From Lama glama (Eukaryota), in the NCBI GenBank assembly GCA_028534125.1, contig CM052816.1, positions 70,992,001 to 71,056,000 of the forward strand: a stretch of DNA of 64,000 nucleotides. Reading direction: 5' to 3'. Of the stretch, positions 12,684-24,535 are shown piece by piece (the first letter of the stretch is position 1; every line of letters starts with the position of its first letter). The position numbers were made by a program, and so were the translations under genes. The notes below the pieces were generated by a model. The model saw only the letters and a list, made by a program, of their open reading frames with translations. It did no database searches and had not been told where the DNA came from.

Positions 12684-13160
12684 GCACAGGTCCAGGTTTA
12701 ACGAGAGAAACCAATGCTACTCTGCATGTTTTAAGTGAAGAGAATTTAACACAGGAATTGATTACACTGGTTATGACAGAGTCAAGACGCCGCCCATGAT
12801 GCAGTGAGGTAACATGGAGATTAGGAACAGCTGCTCTCATGTCCAGGAGGAAGGGATATGGATAGGAGGAGAGGTTAAGGGACTTTAGACGTAATTCACC
12901 CAAGAGAAATTGTAACTAGATGGAAAACTCTGGTGGAGGCTGAAGTTATGGAGGGGAGGTGGTTGTAGCTGGAGTTGCTGTCCAAAGGAGGAGGTGAACT
13001 ATTTTAGCTTCTCCCTTTCTCCTAATCTCCAGTTTTCCACATGTGTCTCTCCTGAGCCATACCTAGCTAGAAGTCAGCAATGCAGGCACCTAGGGAGCCT
13101 ACAGAAGCCAGCCCTCCTACCATCCAGAACAGAGCAGCTGAACTGTGAAGAACTGATTGT
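12684..13160 (-). mobile_element. Ancient ERV-L-class solo LTR (LTR67B/LTR40-like)
   Basis: agaaaccaatgctactctgcatgttttaagtgaagagaatttaacacaggaattgattacac and agcttctccctttctcctaatctcc...agaagtcagc resemble the antisense strand of old ERVL LTRs. Confidence 0.6.
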
Positions 13161-14034
13161 GAGCAAACAGGACCAGTGGTGGTGTAGATACTGTTATCAC
13201 CACCTCTTTAGGTGGAAAGTGACTTGAGAAAATTATAACCTTAACTGTGGTCTGTTTTTTTTTTTTGATAATTAAAAAATAACAAGACATTCATGTTTAT
13301 CAGTTTAGACAATTTCACATATAAGTTTATTTTTCCTTTAAACTGCCTTAAAGTTCTTATTTTTCAGAATGCATTCATATTTATTTTCTCTCATTAGGAC
13401 ATGAGGTAAAATAAAAGATAACTATTATAGTCTTTCTGCAACTGAAGAAATTGAGTGTTCAAGTTTATAGATGCAAGTATTTAAGGATCCGTAGTGGGAA
13501 ACAGGACAGATTCCCCTAATTTCTGTAAACTTAAATCCATTCATCCTAATAAGAGTGCAAGTATAACTATAGATTGTTATTTATTTTGGATTAAATATTA
13601 AAGTGTTGTTTTTACTAAGTAAGCTCTATTCCTAGAGATTTTTAGCGTTCTGAAGAGCTGTAGCCTGGAGGTGTATCTAAATAGATATATATCTGTAAAT
13701 TATCTATCTGTATACATATAGTCTATACAGATGTTACTTTTTCCTAAGGATCCTGGTAGTATGATTTTGCAAAATAATGTTTTTTTCTTTTGTTTTTAAC
13801 TTTAAATTTAAATATGAGTATATGATAGATTCCTTACTTATTGAGTTCCATGATTTTTCTATTTTTGTTTATTAAATTTAAGTGTATTATTTTCAAATAA
13901 CCCAATTTCCCACCTCTCAAATTCTACTGAAGTATTTTATTTGATTTCTTAGCATAATGGCTGTTTATATTGGGAAGACTTTCATGGAGTGGAAGATTTG
14001 GTTAATTATTTTTTAAGATTTAGTATAGCATTTT

Positions 14035-14515
14035 ATTATTTTTAAACTTTTTACTTTTTAAAATGTATTTTGTATTAATTTTTTGAATTGAAGTATAGTT
14101 GATTTACAATACTGTGTTAGTTTCAGGTGTACAGCAATGTTATATATATTTTTCAGATTATTTTCTATTATAGGTTATTACAAGATACTGAGTATTGTTC
14201 CCTGTGCTATACAGTAAATCCTTGTTGCTTTTCTAATTTATATATAGTAGTATCTGTTAATATCATACTCCTAATTTATCCTCTACCCTCCCTTTCCCCT
14301 TTGGTAATCATAAGTTTGTTTTCTACATCTGTGAGTCTGTTTCTGTTTTGTAAATCGAGTCATTGTATTATTTTTTTAGATTCCACATATAAGTGATATC
14401 ATATAATATTTGTCTTTCTCTGTCTGAATTATTGTACTTAGTATGATATTCTCTAGGTCCATGTTGCTGCAAATGGCAATATTTTATTCTTTTTAATGGT
14501 TGAGTAATATTCCAT

Positions 14516-14559
<44 letters not shown>

Positions 14560-15804
14560 ATATCTTCTTTATCCATTCATCTGTTGATGGACTTTTAGGT
14601 TGCTTTCATGTCTTGGCTGCTGTAAATAGTGCTGCTATGAACATTGGAGTGCATGTATCTTTTCAAATTAGAGTTCTTGTCTTTTCTGGGTTTTGCTCAT
14701 GTGTGGGATTGCTGGATCATATGGTAGTTTCTATTTTTAGTTTTTTAAAGAGCCTCCATATAGTGTTTGTACTAATTTACATTCCCACCAACAGTGTAGG
14801 AGGGCCCCCTTTTCTCCACACCCATTCCAGTATTCATTATTTGTAGACTTTTGATGATGGCTATTCTGACTTGTGTAAGGTGATACCTCATTGTGGTTTT
14901 GATTTGCATTTCTCCAGTAATTAGTGATGCTCAGCATTTTTTCATGTACTTGTTGACCATCTGTATGTTTTATTTAAAGACATGTCTATTTAGGTCTTCT
15001 GACCATTTTTTGATTGGATTGTTTGTTTTTAGTTATTGAGTTGTGTGAGCTGCTTGTATATTTTGGAACTTAACCCCTCATTGGTTGCATCATTTGCAAA
15101 TATTTTTCCCATTCCGTTGGTTGTCTTTTCATTTTATTGATGGTTTCCTTTGCTGTGCAAAAGCTTTTAAGTTTGATTAGGTCCCATTTATTTATGTTTG
15201 CTTTATTTATTTTTCCTTGGGAGACTGATCTAAGAAAATATTGCTATGATTTATGTTAGAGAATCTTTTGCCTATGTTCTCTTGTAGGAGTCCTGTGGTC
15301 TCATGTGTTATATTTAGGTCTTTAAACCATTTGAGTTTATTTTTGTGTATGATGTGAGGGAGTGTTCTAACTTCATTGATTTACAGGCTGCTGTCTAGCT
15401 TTCCCAACACCACTTGCTGAAGAGATTGTTTTTTTCTCCATTGTATATTCTTGCCTCCTTTCTCAAAGATTGACTCTAGGTATATGGGTTTATTTCTGGG
15501 TTCTCTATATGATCTATTTCACTGATCTTTATGTCTATTTTTGTGCCAATGTCATACTGTTTTGATTACTCTAGCTTAGTAGTATTGTCTGAAGTCTGGG
15601 AGGCTTATGTCTCCAAATTTGTTCTTTTTTTCTCAGAATTCCTTTGGCAGTTCTGGGTATTTTGTGATTCCATATAAATTTGAGGATTATTTGTTCTAGT
15701 TCTGTGAAAAATATCATGGGTAATTTGATAGAGATTGCGTGTAGATTGCTTTGGGTAGTATGAATATTTTAACAATATTAATTCTTCCACTCCAAGAGCA
15801 TGAG
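14035..15804 (-). mobile_element. 5'-truncated artiodactyl-type L1 with target-site duplication
   Basis: 3' end ttgaagtatagttgatttacaat...; ORF2 C-terminal homology. TSD tagtatagcatttt (14021-14034) vs tactatagtatttt (15805-15818), 12/14 identical, with a TT/AAAA endonuclease site on the minus strand. Confidence 0.95.
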
Positions 15805-18800
15805 TACTATAGTATTTTAATGGTATACAGAAAATAATAGGCTAAGAAAAGTAACTTTCTGATTTTAGCTGCCTTTAATTTTTTCCCATTAGCATTTCAG
15901 TCATAGGAATTGCATTAAAAAGCCCAAGATGTTATTTTTAGGGATGCCAGAAAGTTAGGATTTCATGGTCTCTTGGTTTTATTTGAAAGTAGATAATAAC
16001 CTTCACAAATTTGAAGGCTTTCCTTTAGAATATGAATTTTCTACCTAATTATCCCCCTTCTGTGAGAATGTGAGACCTCCAGTATCCATTCCAAGTATGC
16101 CTTTTTGATATAAGTAGATTTAGGATATCAAAGACACACTTAGGTTTCAGATTCTTAAAACATTATCTTAAGCAATTATTCTCTCAATTATCATAGAGCT
16201 GTGCCAATTCTAAGTTTATTTCACAGTATGAGGAGAAAAGTTTTGTTCTACTCAGTATTACACACTTAAAGTGTCCCATAGCTGGGTTGCTTGGGCATAA
16301 AGTAGTATAAGCATTTAATGAGATATGCACAATATGTCACACAATGTCACACAGTAACTCTGTCGTTATCAGGATGCCTAACATGTCCAGTGTGCCTTGC
16401 TCAAGAAGGCTTTAAATAACCGCCACTAAGCTATATATCCTACTGAGTTTCATGTTTTATTACTGAATCCCCCATATCAGGTCTGCTAGATCTTTATTTT
16501 AATATTAATTTTTTTCTCCCAGAGGCACAGATTCCTTCATGGTAGATTCTATCATTAGTTTTTCTGCTTCCTTTTTTTTCCCAGTTAACTTTAAGCCAGT
16601 GCCTCAGTCATGAGAAGAGTTTACTTCAGTAAAATCCATACTATTACATATACCAGGAGATGTGAAATCTTAGGGGAAGGTATAAACAGTATTTGTAAAG
16701 TGGTTAAACCGTGCCAAGAACATTGTGTGCTATTAAATGATTGCATGTATAAATGGACAAGTTAATAAGTATATGAATTGAACTTCATCCCAGATTTATT
16801 TGAATCTTCACTTCTAGGCCAGTAAGGAACTACAACAATACAAAATAGTTACATGTTTTCTCTTAAAATAAAAATTCTTTTCCTTAGAAAGCTGGTCTAG
16901 TTAAAAATGATAAATAATTAAAAGCCCCAGCCTTTCTTCTACCCATAGACCGAGACTGGGTTTTGACATCTGCAACTCTCCTGGGATGGCACTTAATGCT
17001 GACCCACATGGTTATACCAGTGTTGAAGTTTCAACCTGGAAGATGGTTATTTCTAGACACAGCCCACCATCCATAGTTAATACTATTATTCATAAATGTC
17101 TGATTAGCCAACTACAGCATACATGCTTTAGAGGGAGAAACTGAGTGTTAACCATCTTTCACTACAAATTTGCATCATAACAATTTATACATAGTTAATA
17201 CTTACTAAAATTATTTTCTATTTCTACAAATAAAATAAGGAGTGATAGTTTTTTATATGAAAATCTGTAATTTCTTTTATGAAAAACCTACCATTAATAG
17301 AATATTTGGAGTTAACCGGTTAGCAGTGAAATCATCATTTTATAGATATTGAAATTGCCTCCTAAAGTTGTTTTCTACTTGTATATTTAAATCCTTAGAT
17401 ATGAAACTTGATAGTGAGAAAAATACTCAAATCCTTGAAGAAATGTTTATGAACAAGTTCCACAAAATATAAATTACTTTTATGAATCTTTAATTATCTA
17501 TAAATTAAAGCTTTTATGCATAAGTAAGACTTTTCAGAGATACATAATAAGAATTGCAAGTTCAAAGAAACACCTGAATACAGTTTAAAACTTGGTTGCA
17601 GAAATGCTTTTTAAAGGTGCTAATCTTGCATGCATGTCCAAATAAACAAAAGGTATTCTCCAAGTTTTTATGATGGATTTTTCAGTTTCTATTTGAAAAA
17701 AAAAAAAAGGAAATATTCTAAGCTTTCAGGAAGTAAAAAAAGAGTTTAAGCTCATAAAAAAAGTCTTTGTGGCCCTGCTTAATGTTCATGTCATCAGTTA
17801 AATTAGATGTGACAGGACCAGTAAGCCTGGAGATTTTCACCACTACTGTGATTGCCTTGAAGTATTTTGTCTCCTTAGAATCTCTTTGGCTCCATTTCCC
17901 AAGGACGTTGACTCCATGTTAATCCTGTTGACTCTTTCACAGCGGTTTTAAATAGTCTGCATCCAGCCATAGGGAAGAGAATGCTTCTCTGAAGACTGCT
18001 AGGCCATTTAGCCTCCCCAACCATCATCCTTCTCCTAAGAAAGAATGCTAATTACAACAAGAGATTGCTTATATCTTAACGCAGCAGTGAGAGTTGAAAG
18101 AGTCAATTACTTATTTAGGGATTGTGTATGAGGTTAAAGAGTACGCCCTCTCAAAAGTCTTTAAACTGAGATTTGCCACATTCAAAGAAGAAATGGCTTA
18201 GAATGGTGATGAAGCAAGCCAACACATTTTCATCACTCATAACACAATCATACTTTACAAGCAAGCTGGTGTTTAGTTGACTTCTAGAGAACTGGGATCT
18301 TTATTGTAATATATAAGACACTTAGAATTCAATAGGTTGACCTTCAATTCTTGATTTAATTATTATTACCTTATAAGTACTATTTAAACAACTTGCTATT
18401 GAATTACACACAGGTCAAGATGTTAAACTTTACCCTGTTTTTTCTTCGATGATGAAAATAGTATTTGCTTTTATGCCTCTTCACCATTTATGTAAATTTT
18501 AAGGTAGATGTTTTATTTAAATGGTTAGAAGCAAGAGTCTTGAAAGAAGTGAACAAATGCTTTTGAGAAAAATCACTTCTAAGAAAACATATTTTATGAT
18601 TAACCTAAATCAGAACTTTAGATGATGAATGACAACAGACTACAACTTAGTAGGAAAGAATTGTTTTTGAAGGGTAGAAAATGTCCCTTGAGAGATATTC
18701 AGTTAGCAGAAAAAGTATACACTTTAAAGCAAAACTCATATTACCTGATTTAAATACATTTAATTGTTATATATTTACCATAATTATGATTTAATTATCT

Positions 18801-20171
18801 GATTTCTCTAACTGTCTTTCCAGTATGAATGTGAAGTGGTTATTGAGTAAGACAAAATTATCTCTATGTAAAACATTAACCCATATTTACAGAGCTTTCA
18901 TCAATTTACAAATCATTGATAGAGCTTCTGGTTTCTAGCAAATTTCTACTCAGGATGAGTATGTTTCTCATCTTTAATTGTTACCCTTTATAATAAAATA
19001 AAACAAAAAAATTCTCACGGGATATATTCATAGAATGCCTTTTAGTAAATAGTAATAATAGCAACTTAGACTAAACTATTTGTAGGGAAAGGTAAACGCT
19101 GACAGCCCTTCCCAGGAGCTAGTTTTAAGCAGGGGAGCAATTTGAGATACTGTTGGTAAATTCCAGAACTCCCCTTGGCCTTAATTAGAACAATTGAAAG
19201 AAACTGTTAATTTTGATCAGCTGGTGGAAAGCCCTGCTGTTGCAGTCAGTCATTTCTATGGAGTTCAACTTTCGAGTTCAACTTTCAAGTTCATAAGCAA
19301 AAGGGTTAGATTAAAGGATTTCTCCTCCCGGTAAATCATTAGCACAAATGCGTCATTTCAAAATTAATACTTTAAGATTGAGCTGTATTTTAAGGTTATA
19401 GAGTTGCTACTTTAAAATGTGACACACAATGTATGAGTAATTCATTTCACAGGGGGTTGTATAGTTTTAGTTTCCATATTTAGAGCTAAATAGAATATTT
19501 TAATTTGTGGAAAAGCCATCTTTTGGGAACATGTGCTGATATTCAGGCTGTACATCTACATGGTAATCAAAAAATGTTTTAGGGAAAAAATAATGTGGAA
19601 AGGCCACACAATATGTTAGAAGGGGCTACAGTAAAGGTAAAAATAAAGCAGGAATGTGGTGGGTGAGGTGCCTTCAGCAACTTTTATGTTTGTAACATAA
19701 AACCCAACCATGGAACAATAAGAAGAGAAAGCAAGATATGACACCACAAACCATCACCCACAGCAAAAAATAGCAACACAAGATTTCTTATCAACTGTCA
19801 CGGCAAGCAAAGAGGGTCTGAATATGCTCACCTGGGAGATCTGGCATTGATGGTGGGCAAATTCAGTTGGTGTTGTTTTTGTGTTGATTTGCTTTTCCTT
19901 TCTTTGTGGACGGTGATTACTTTTGCTACTCCGGTGATCTCCAGGTGTGTGCATCTGATAGTATATGCCATGCCAGGGGCTCTGTACGGATTGACAAGGA
20001 CAAAATTGGAGTCCCTTTGAAAAAGCCACACGGGGGATTCAAAAAAGCACTACAAAATACTTTTCTCTAATCCCTTGTTCAAAATGTTAAGCATGAGAAG
20101 TAGTTTGGAATTCTCAAGTTTTTAACATTTTAGGACAGTAATATGGTGCATATATCATATATAATACATAA

Positions 20172-20480
20172 TGTACCCAGCAGGTCCTGGAGTAAAATAA
20201 CAGTATTGTTAAAGAAAAGAAAAATCTCACTAGATACTTCAATACAGGAAGTTTAATGTAAGAGATTGGTTATACCAGCACTGAAGAGTTAAAAGAGCAA
20301 AAAACCCCAAAACCAAACCAAAACCAAACAAAAAAAAAAAAACAAAACCCCAAAAAACACTGAGGGATTCAGAGAAAATAATAGCAAGAAGAGTTTATGA
20401 GAATTTAGAAGTTTAGAAAATGGCATTGACCAATTGGAGGTATGAGGCTGATTCTGGAGATACCAAAAGAACCTGGAGAC
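20172..20480 (-). mobile_element. Degraded ERV-L-class LTR fragment
   Basis: tcactagatacttcaatacaggaagtttaatgtaagagattggttataccag resembles the LTR end at 12684; interrupted by an A/C-rich simple repeat. Confidence 0.45.
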
Positions 20481-22861
20481 CAAACAAATTTATTTTTTAT
20501 GATTTATTTTTATAGTATACTTATTTTTGCCTTTTTTACTTGGTAGAGAAAGTAGGATATAGTGATACAGATATTTGGGGATCTCTAAGAGAATTTATTG
20601 TTTTACATAGTAATGTAAATTACAAAGCTCATGCTAGAGAAGGCACTTTGCAAATATTTTCTACCTCTTAATGGCATTAGTCTATATTGTCCTTGAAAAT
20701 TGTTGAATCTTGGATGATGTGTGCAATGAGGCTCTGTCTTACAAGTAAAATTAACTGAAATAGTTCATCAAGTGTGTTGAAATTCACACTGATGAGGAAA
20801 TCTAATCTGGTTGGCCTTTATTCACTCTGGAGTGGCTTTCAAAGTACAAAACCCCAAGGCTTCTCCCCATCCTCTCATATCCAGCTTGTGGTGTTGTAAC
20901 TGGTACTTATTGTGTTGCTGAGATTCTGAGATAATTCCTGTAATCAATGATTCACACTCGGGTAATGTAAAAATAGGATAAGAGAGATAGATCCAGTATG
21001 AATTCCTAACCTGTGAGTGGAGTGAAGTTTCAGGCAAGACAATTTTGAAGAAAGAGTAGGGTCGCAGTGCCAAATCTGAAAGCAAGGAAAGGTGATTGGG
21101 AACTCAAATCCCAGAGGGGAAGCAACGCTTTTGTGATGGAGAGCTTAACCTTTCAGCCAGTAGTTCCTTTGGACCCTGGAGGAAAATCTATTTATATTAA
21201 CCTTGAACCTTTAACCAATTTAACTATTTACCACTTAAACTAAAATTCTACTTATAAATAGCCCTAACCCCTGAGTTTAAAAAATGTGTACTATATTTGT
21301 CAAGGGAGTCATCTTAGATTAACTGAGGGGAGGCTGGCTGATAATCTTGAAGTGTGACTTTTCTTATTTATATTCCTCTGCTTTTGGCTGTTTAGAGGAA
21401 GTGGCATCCTTTTCTAGTTTTGACCTTGGGTTTTTACATGATGACCAGCAGTACAATGAGTATAAATATATAACAGAACTGAAAGTAATGGGTGGGATAA
21501 AACTGTAGTCCAGTGAAGGAACGGAGATGAAAAATTAACACTTCCTATACTAGAAGCTTGTAACATAAGAACCAAATGGAGTGGATGGTCAGGTTACCTA
21601 ATTAATAGACTAAAATTGTAATCTGAAACCAAGGCTGCTAAATAGACATGCATTCTGGGGTCTCCAAAAGCTTTGGATCTGCACAAGTACTTTTATGGAA
21701 TAGAGATGTTAAACTTTGAGAGGATTTTGCTCAGGCTATAGATTATTTAAGGAACCTGAAGCTCTTGTCTATTTGCTTGAAAGACAATCACCAGTTCAAA
21801 TGAAGCCATTCATATGGAGACATGATGCAATGAAAGAGGAGTGTAGAGGAATGCAAAGAGATCAGGGACTCATTTGAGAAGAAAGGAAAGGTTATCATGG
21901 AAGCCACATCCAAGGCGAGCTAGATTTTCTGAGCATATCCTACTCTTCTAGAGTTAATCATCTTCAAGTTTGTTACGATGTAATTACTCTAATACATTTC
22001 TTTTCTATTGTCTTGTTTACAACCTCCAGTAGGAAATTCAGCATGAGGTCCATGGCTAGAAGGAGGAAGAAATCTACTACTCATAATTAAATAGTGTGAA
22101 GAATAATGTTTATTTTTGTGTTTGAAATAAAAAGTCATCAAAGATATATATTTAGATTTAATGCAATCTGCCAGGTTCTTTAAAAGCTTCTTAAGCCACT
22201 TGGAAGTCAAAACATTTATTGTATATTATTACTTATTTAATAATAAGAAGAATTTATAAAACATAAACTTAAATATGCTGCTATTTTTTATGTAGGTAGC
22301 CTTGTCAGTGCCCTTGGTTCTTCAGAAATAAAGTAAAAGTATAAATGAACACAGACCTTGACTCCAGATAGTTAAAATATAAGCTATAGACCACAGATAA
22401 AAGCAGTGTTGTCAGTTAATTGATTTTAGGTTCCTGGGACTACATTCTTCTTCTATCAGTGTATAAATCCAAGAATCACCTTTGAGTTATAAAGATGAAA
22501 ATAATATCATACAAATTAAAATCCTTTGTATCTATAGATAACATCATTTCCTGTTATGGCTGTCTATGCAGGGGTTGGAGTGGTTGCTTACCTGTAGTGT
22601 GAGGTTCAATTGCCTTCCTTTCTCAGTGGTTATGAAAGTCTTCACTTTTGAATAGTGGCTACAGCAATAAGAGGAGGAACTGCTCTTGTCAGCCTCTCTG
22701 CATCAGGGTCCCTCTTTTATTCCCCCTCATTCCTGCCAAACAAAATAAAACAAAAACAAAAAATAAAAACAAACAAACAAAGAACCCAAACCCTTTCTAT
22801 TTCTTGCCATAATTCCTTGCTGTTAGTGAAATACATGTTTGTTTCATTTTAAATATGCAAA

Positions 22862-22980
22862 GGGGAGGGAATAGCTCAGTGAACCTGGGTTAAGTCTCCA
22901 GTACCTGCATTAAATATGTGTAAATAAATAAACCTAATTACCTCCTCTCCCCCAAAAAGAAGCCAAATTTTTATAAAAAT
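22862..22980 (+). mobile_element. Camelid vic-1-type tRNA-derived SINE, internally deleted
   Basis: ggggagggaatagctcagtg (A box), cctgggttaagtctccagtacct (degenerate B box), tail aaataaataaacctaattacctcc. Partial flanking duplication ATGCAA. Confidence 0.85.
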
Positions 22981-23442
22981 ATATACATGCAAGAAAAGGG
23001 GAGCAGGACATGCTTTATCACAGGAACATTTTTTTCTTTGGTAGATTAGACTAGCATCTCTAAACTATAGGCTAATTCCATGTACTGAAATTAATTGCAC
23101 ACTTTGATTTTAAATAACAGGATAGATGTGAAAGAGTGAATAAAAAATACTAGAAAATTATGCAAGTACACACACATTTTTCTTGGTAAACTTATTTCTT
23201 AATTCTGTCTTCTTGCACTCTACACTACTGCTAGTTTGTACTGTATGATTTTCCTCTAATACTTTCTTGCACATACATGCCTTTATGAGATTCTGTCTCT
23301 CTAGAAAGTCCTTTTTTGAATCTTCACATGGCAAATTTATCAATTGTTATCTATCTTCAAAAGTTTTTCCTGTCTCCCACACTTGAGATTTACCATCCTT
23401 AGGTTTTACTATAATAAACTTAGCTTCCTCATGTTATAGCAC

Positions 23443-24535
23443 TGACTTCTGTTTTTTGCCCTAACATGGAAAGAGATTGGAATTTATTACTCCTTTCCTT
23501 ACAATAAGAAAAAAAATAACAAACTGAGAATTAGATCTATCAAAGAGCTGAGGTACAGGGCAAACTGTCACTCCAAAATCTGGAGAGACAGACTCATACC
23601 TAGAGACATAGCTGAGATCTGCCTATCTGGAGCATGAGTTGTTGGAGACATACACAAATGATAATTTTGAGAAACTGTTGGAATCTGATTGTTGACTGAC
23701 ATGAGAGGAAGAAACTCTTGGGGTCACAGTCTTAGGGGAGCTATTCCTTTTTCACTGGCTTTACCTCTAGCAACTCTTACCTTCCAAAACTTCCATGGTG
23801 ATGTTCTGAGAAAGCTCTCCTTATGAGTCTGGCAGGGAGTAGGAGGAAGTAATCTTTGTGAAATGTGATCAGAACCTTTTCTGTTTAATAGGTTTTTTTC
23901 TGGGAAAAATGACTCTGCCATTCCTCCACCAATGAGAGCCATTTGTGGCCTTGCTGTCTCACCTAAGAGGGGGCAAACAAAGATAAAACAACCAATAACA
24001 ACAAATATTCAAAATGGATCAAGGATCCAAGGAAATAGATTGGGGGCATTTCAGTTAGGAAAGGGAATAGAGGGCAGGGGAAAAATAAATTATATCTCTG
24101 AAGAAACATTTGTGAATGTCACAGCCCTAAGACAGGTGCACTAAAGGTAGTGAGATTCAATTGGAAAAATCTTCTCCACACATTATCAAAACACCAACAG
24201 TCCTCAAATATGACAGTAAGTTACAGCTGGCATAGATACTTTCAGATAAAGAATGTATAAGGAAGCCCAAAGTCAAGAGGGGGAAAAAAATAAGGACAGT
24301 AGAGGACTTTGAAGCCTCTGGCATCTATAGCTAGAGCTTTTACCTCAGGTCTTATTACACAATATACATGCCCAGCTTGCACCCAAAAATTACCAGACAC
24401 ACCAAAGGCAAGTAAAAGCAATCTGAAGAGTTAAAACATTAATCAGAACTAGACTGAGGCGTAAGTGTTGGGATTATTAGGCAGGAAATTTTAGAAAAAT
24501 CTATGACTCATATGTTAAGGGTGTTCATGAAAAAC
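23443..24535 (+). mobile_element. Old L1 5'UTR and start of ORF1 (L1MC-type 5' end)
   Basis: ttagatctatcaaagagctgaggtacagggcaaactgtcactccaaaatctggagagacagac matches a recalled L1MC 5' end; ends in ORF1-like ctatgactcatatgttaaggg. Confidence 0.7.

Noticed and set aside
22862..22910. tRNA-like A/B boxes
   Set aside because: Belongs to a SINE; the anticodon arm is missing, so it cannot fold as a tRNA.
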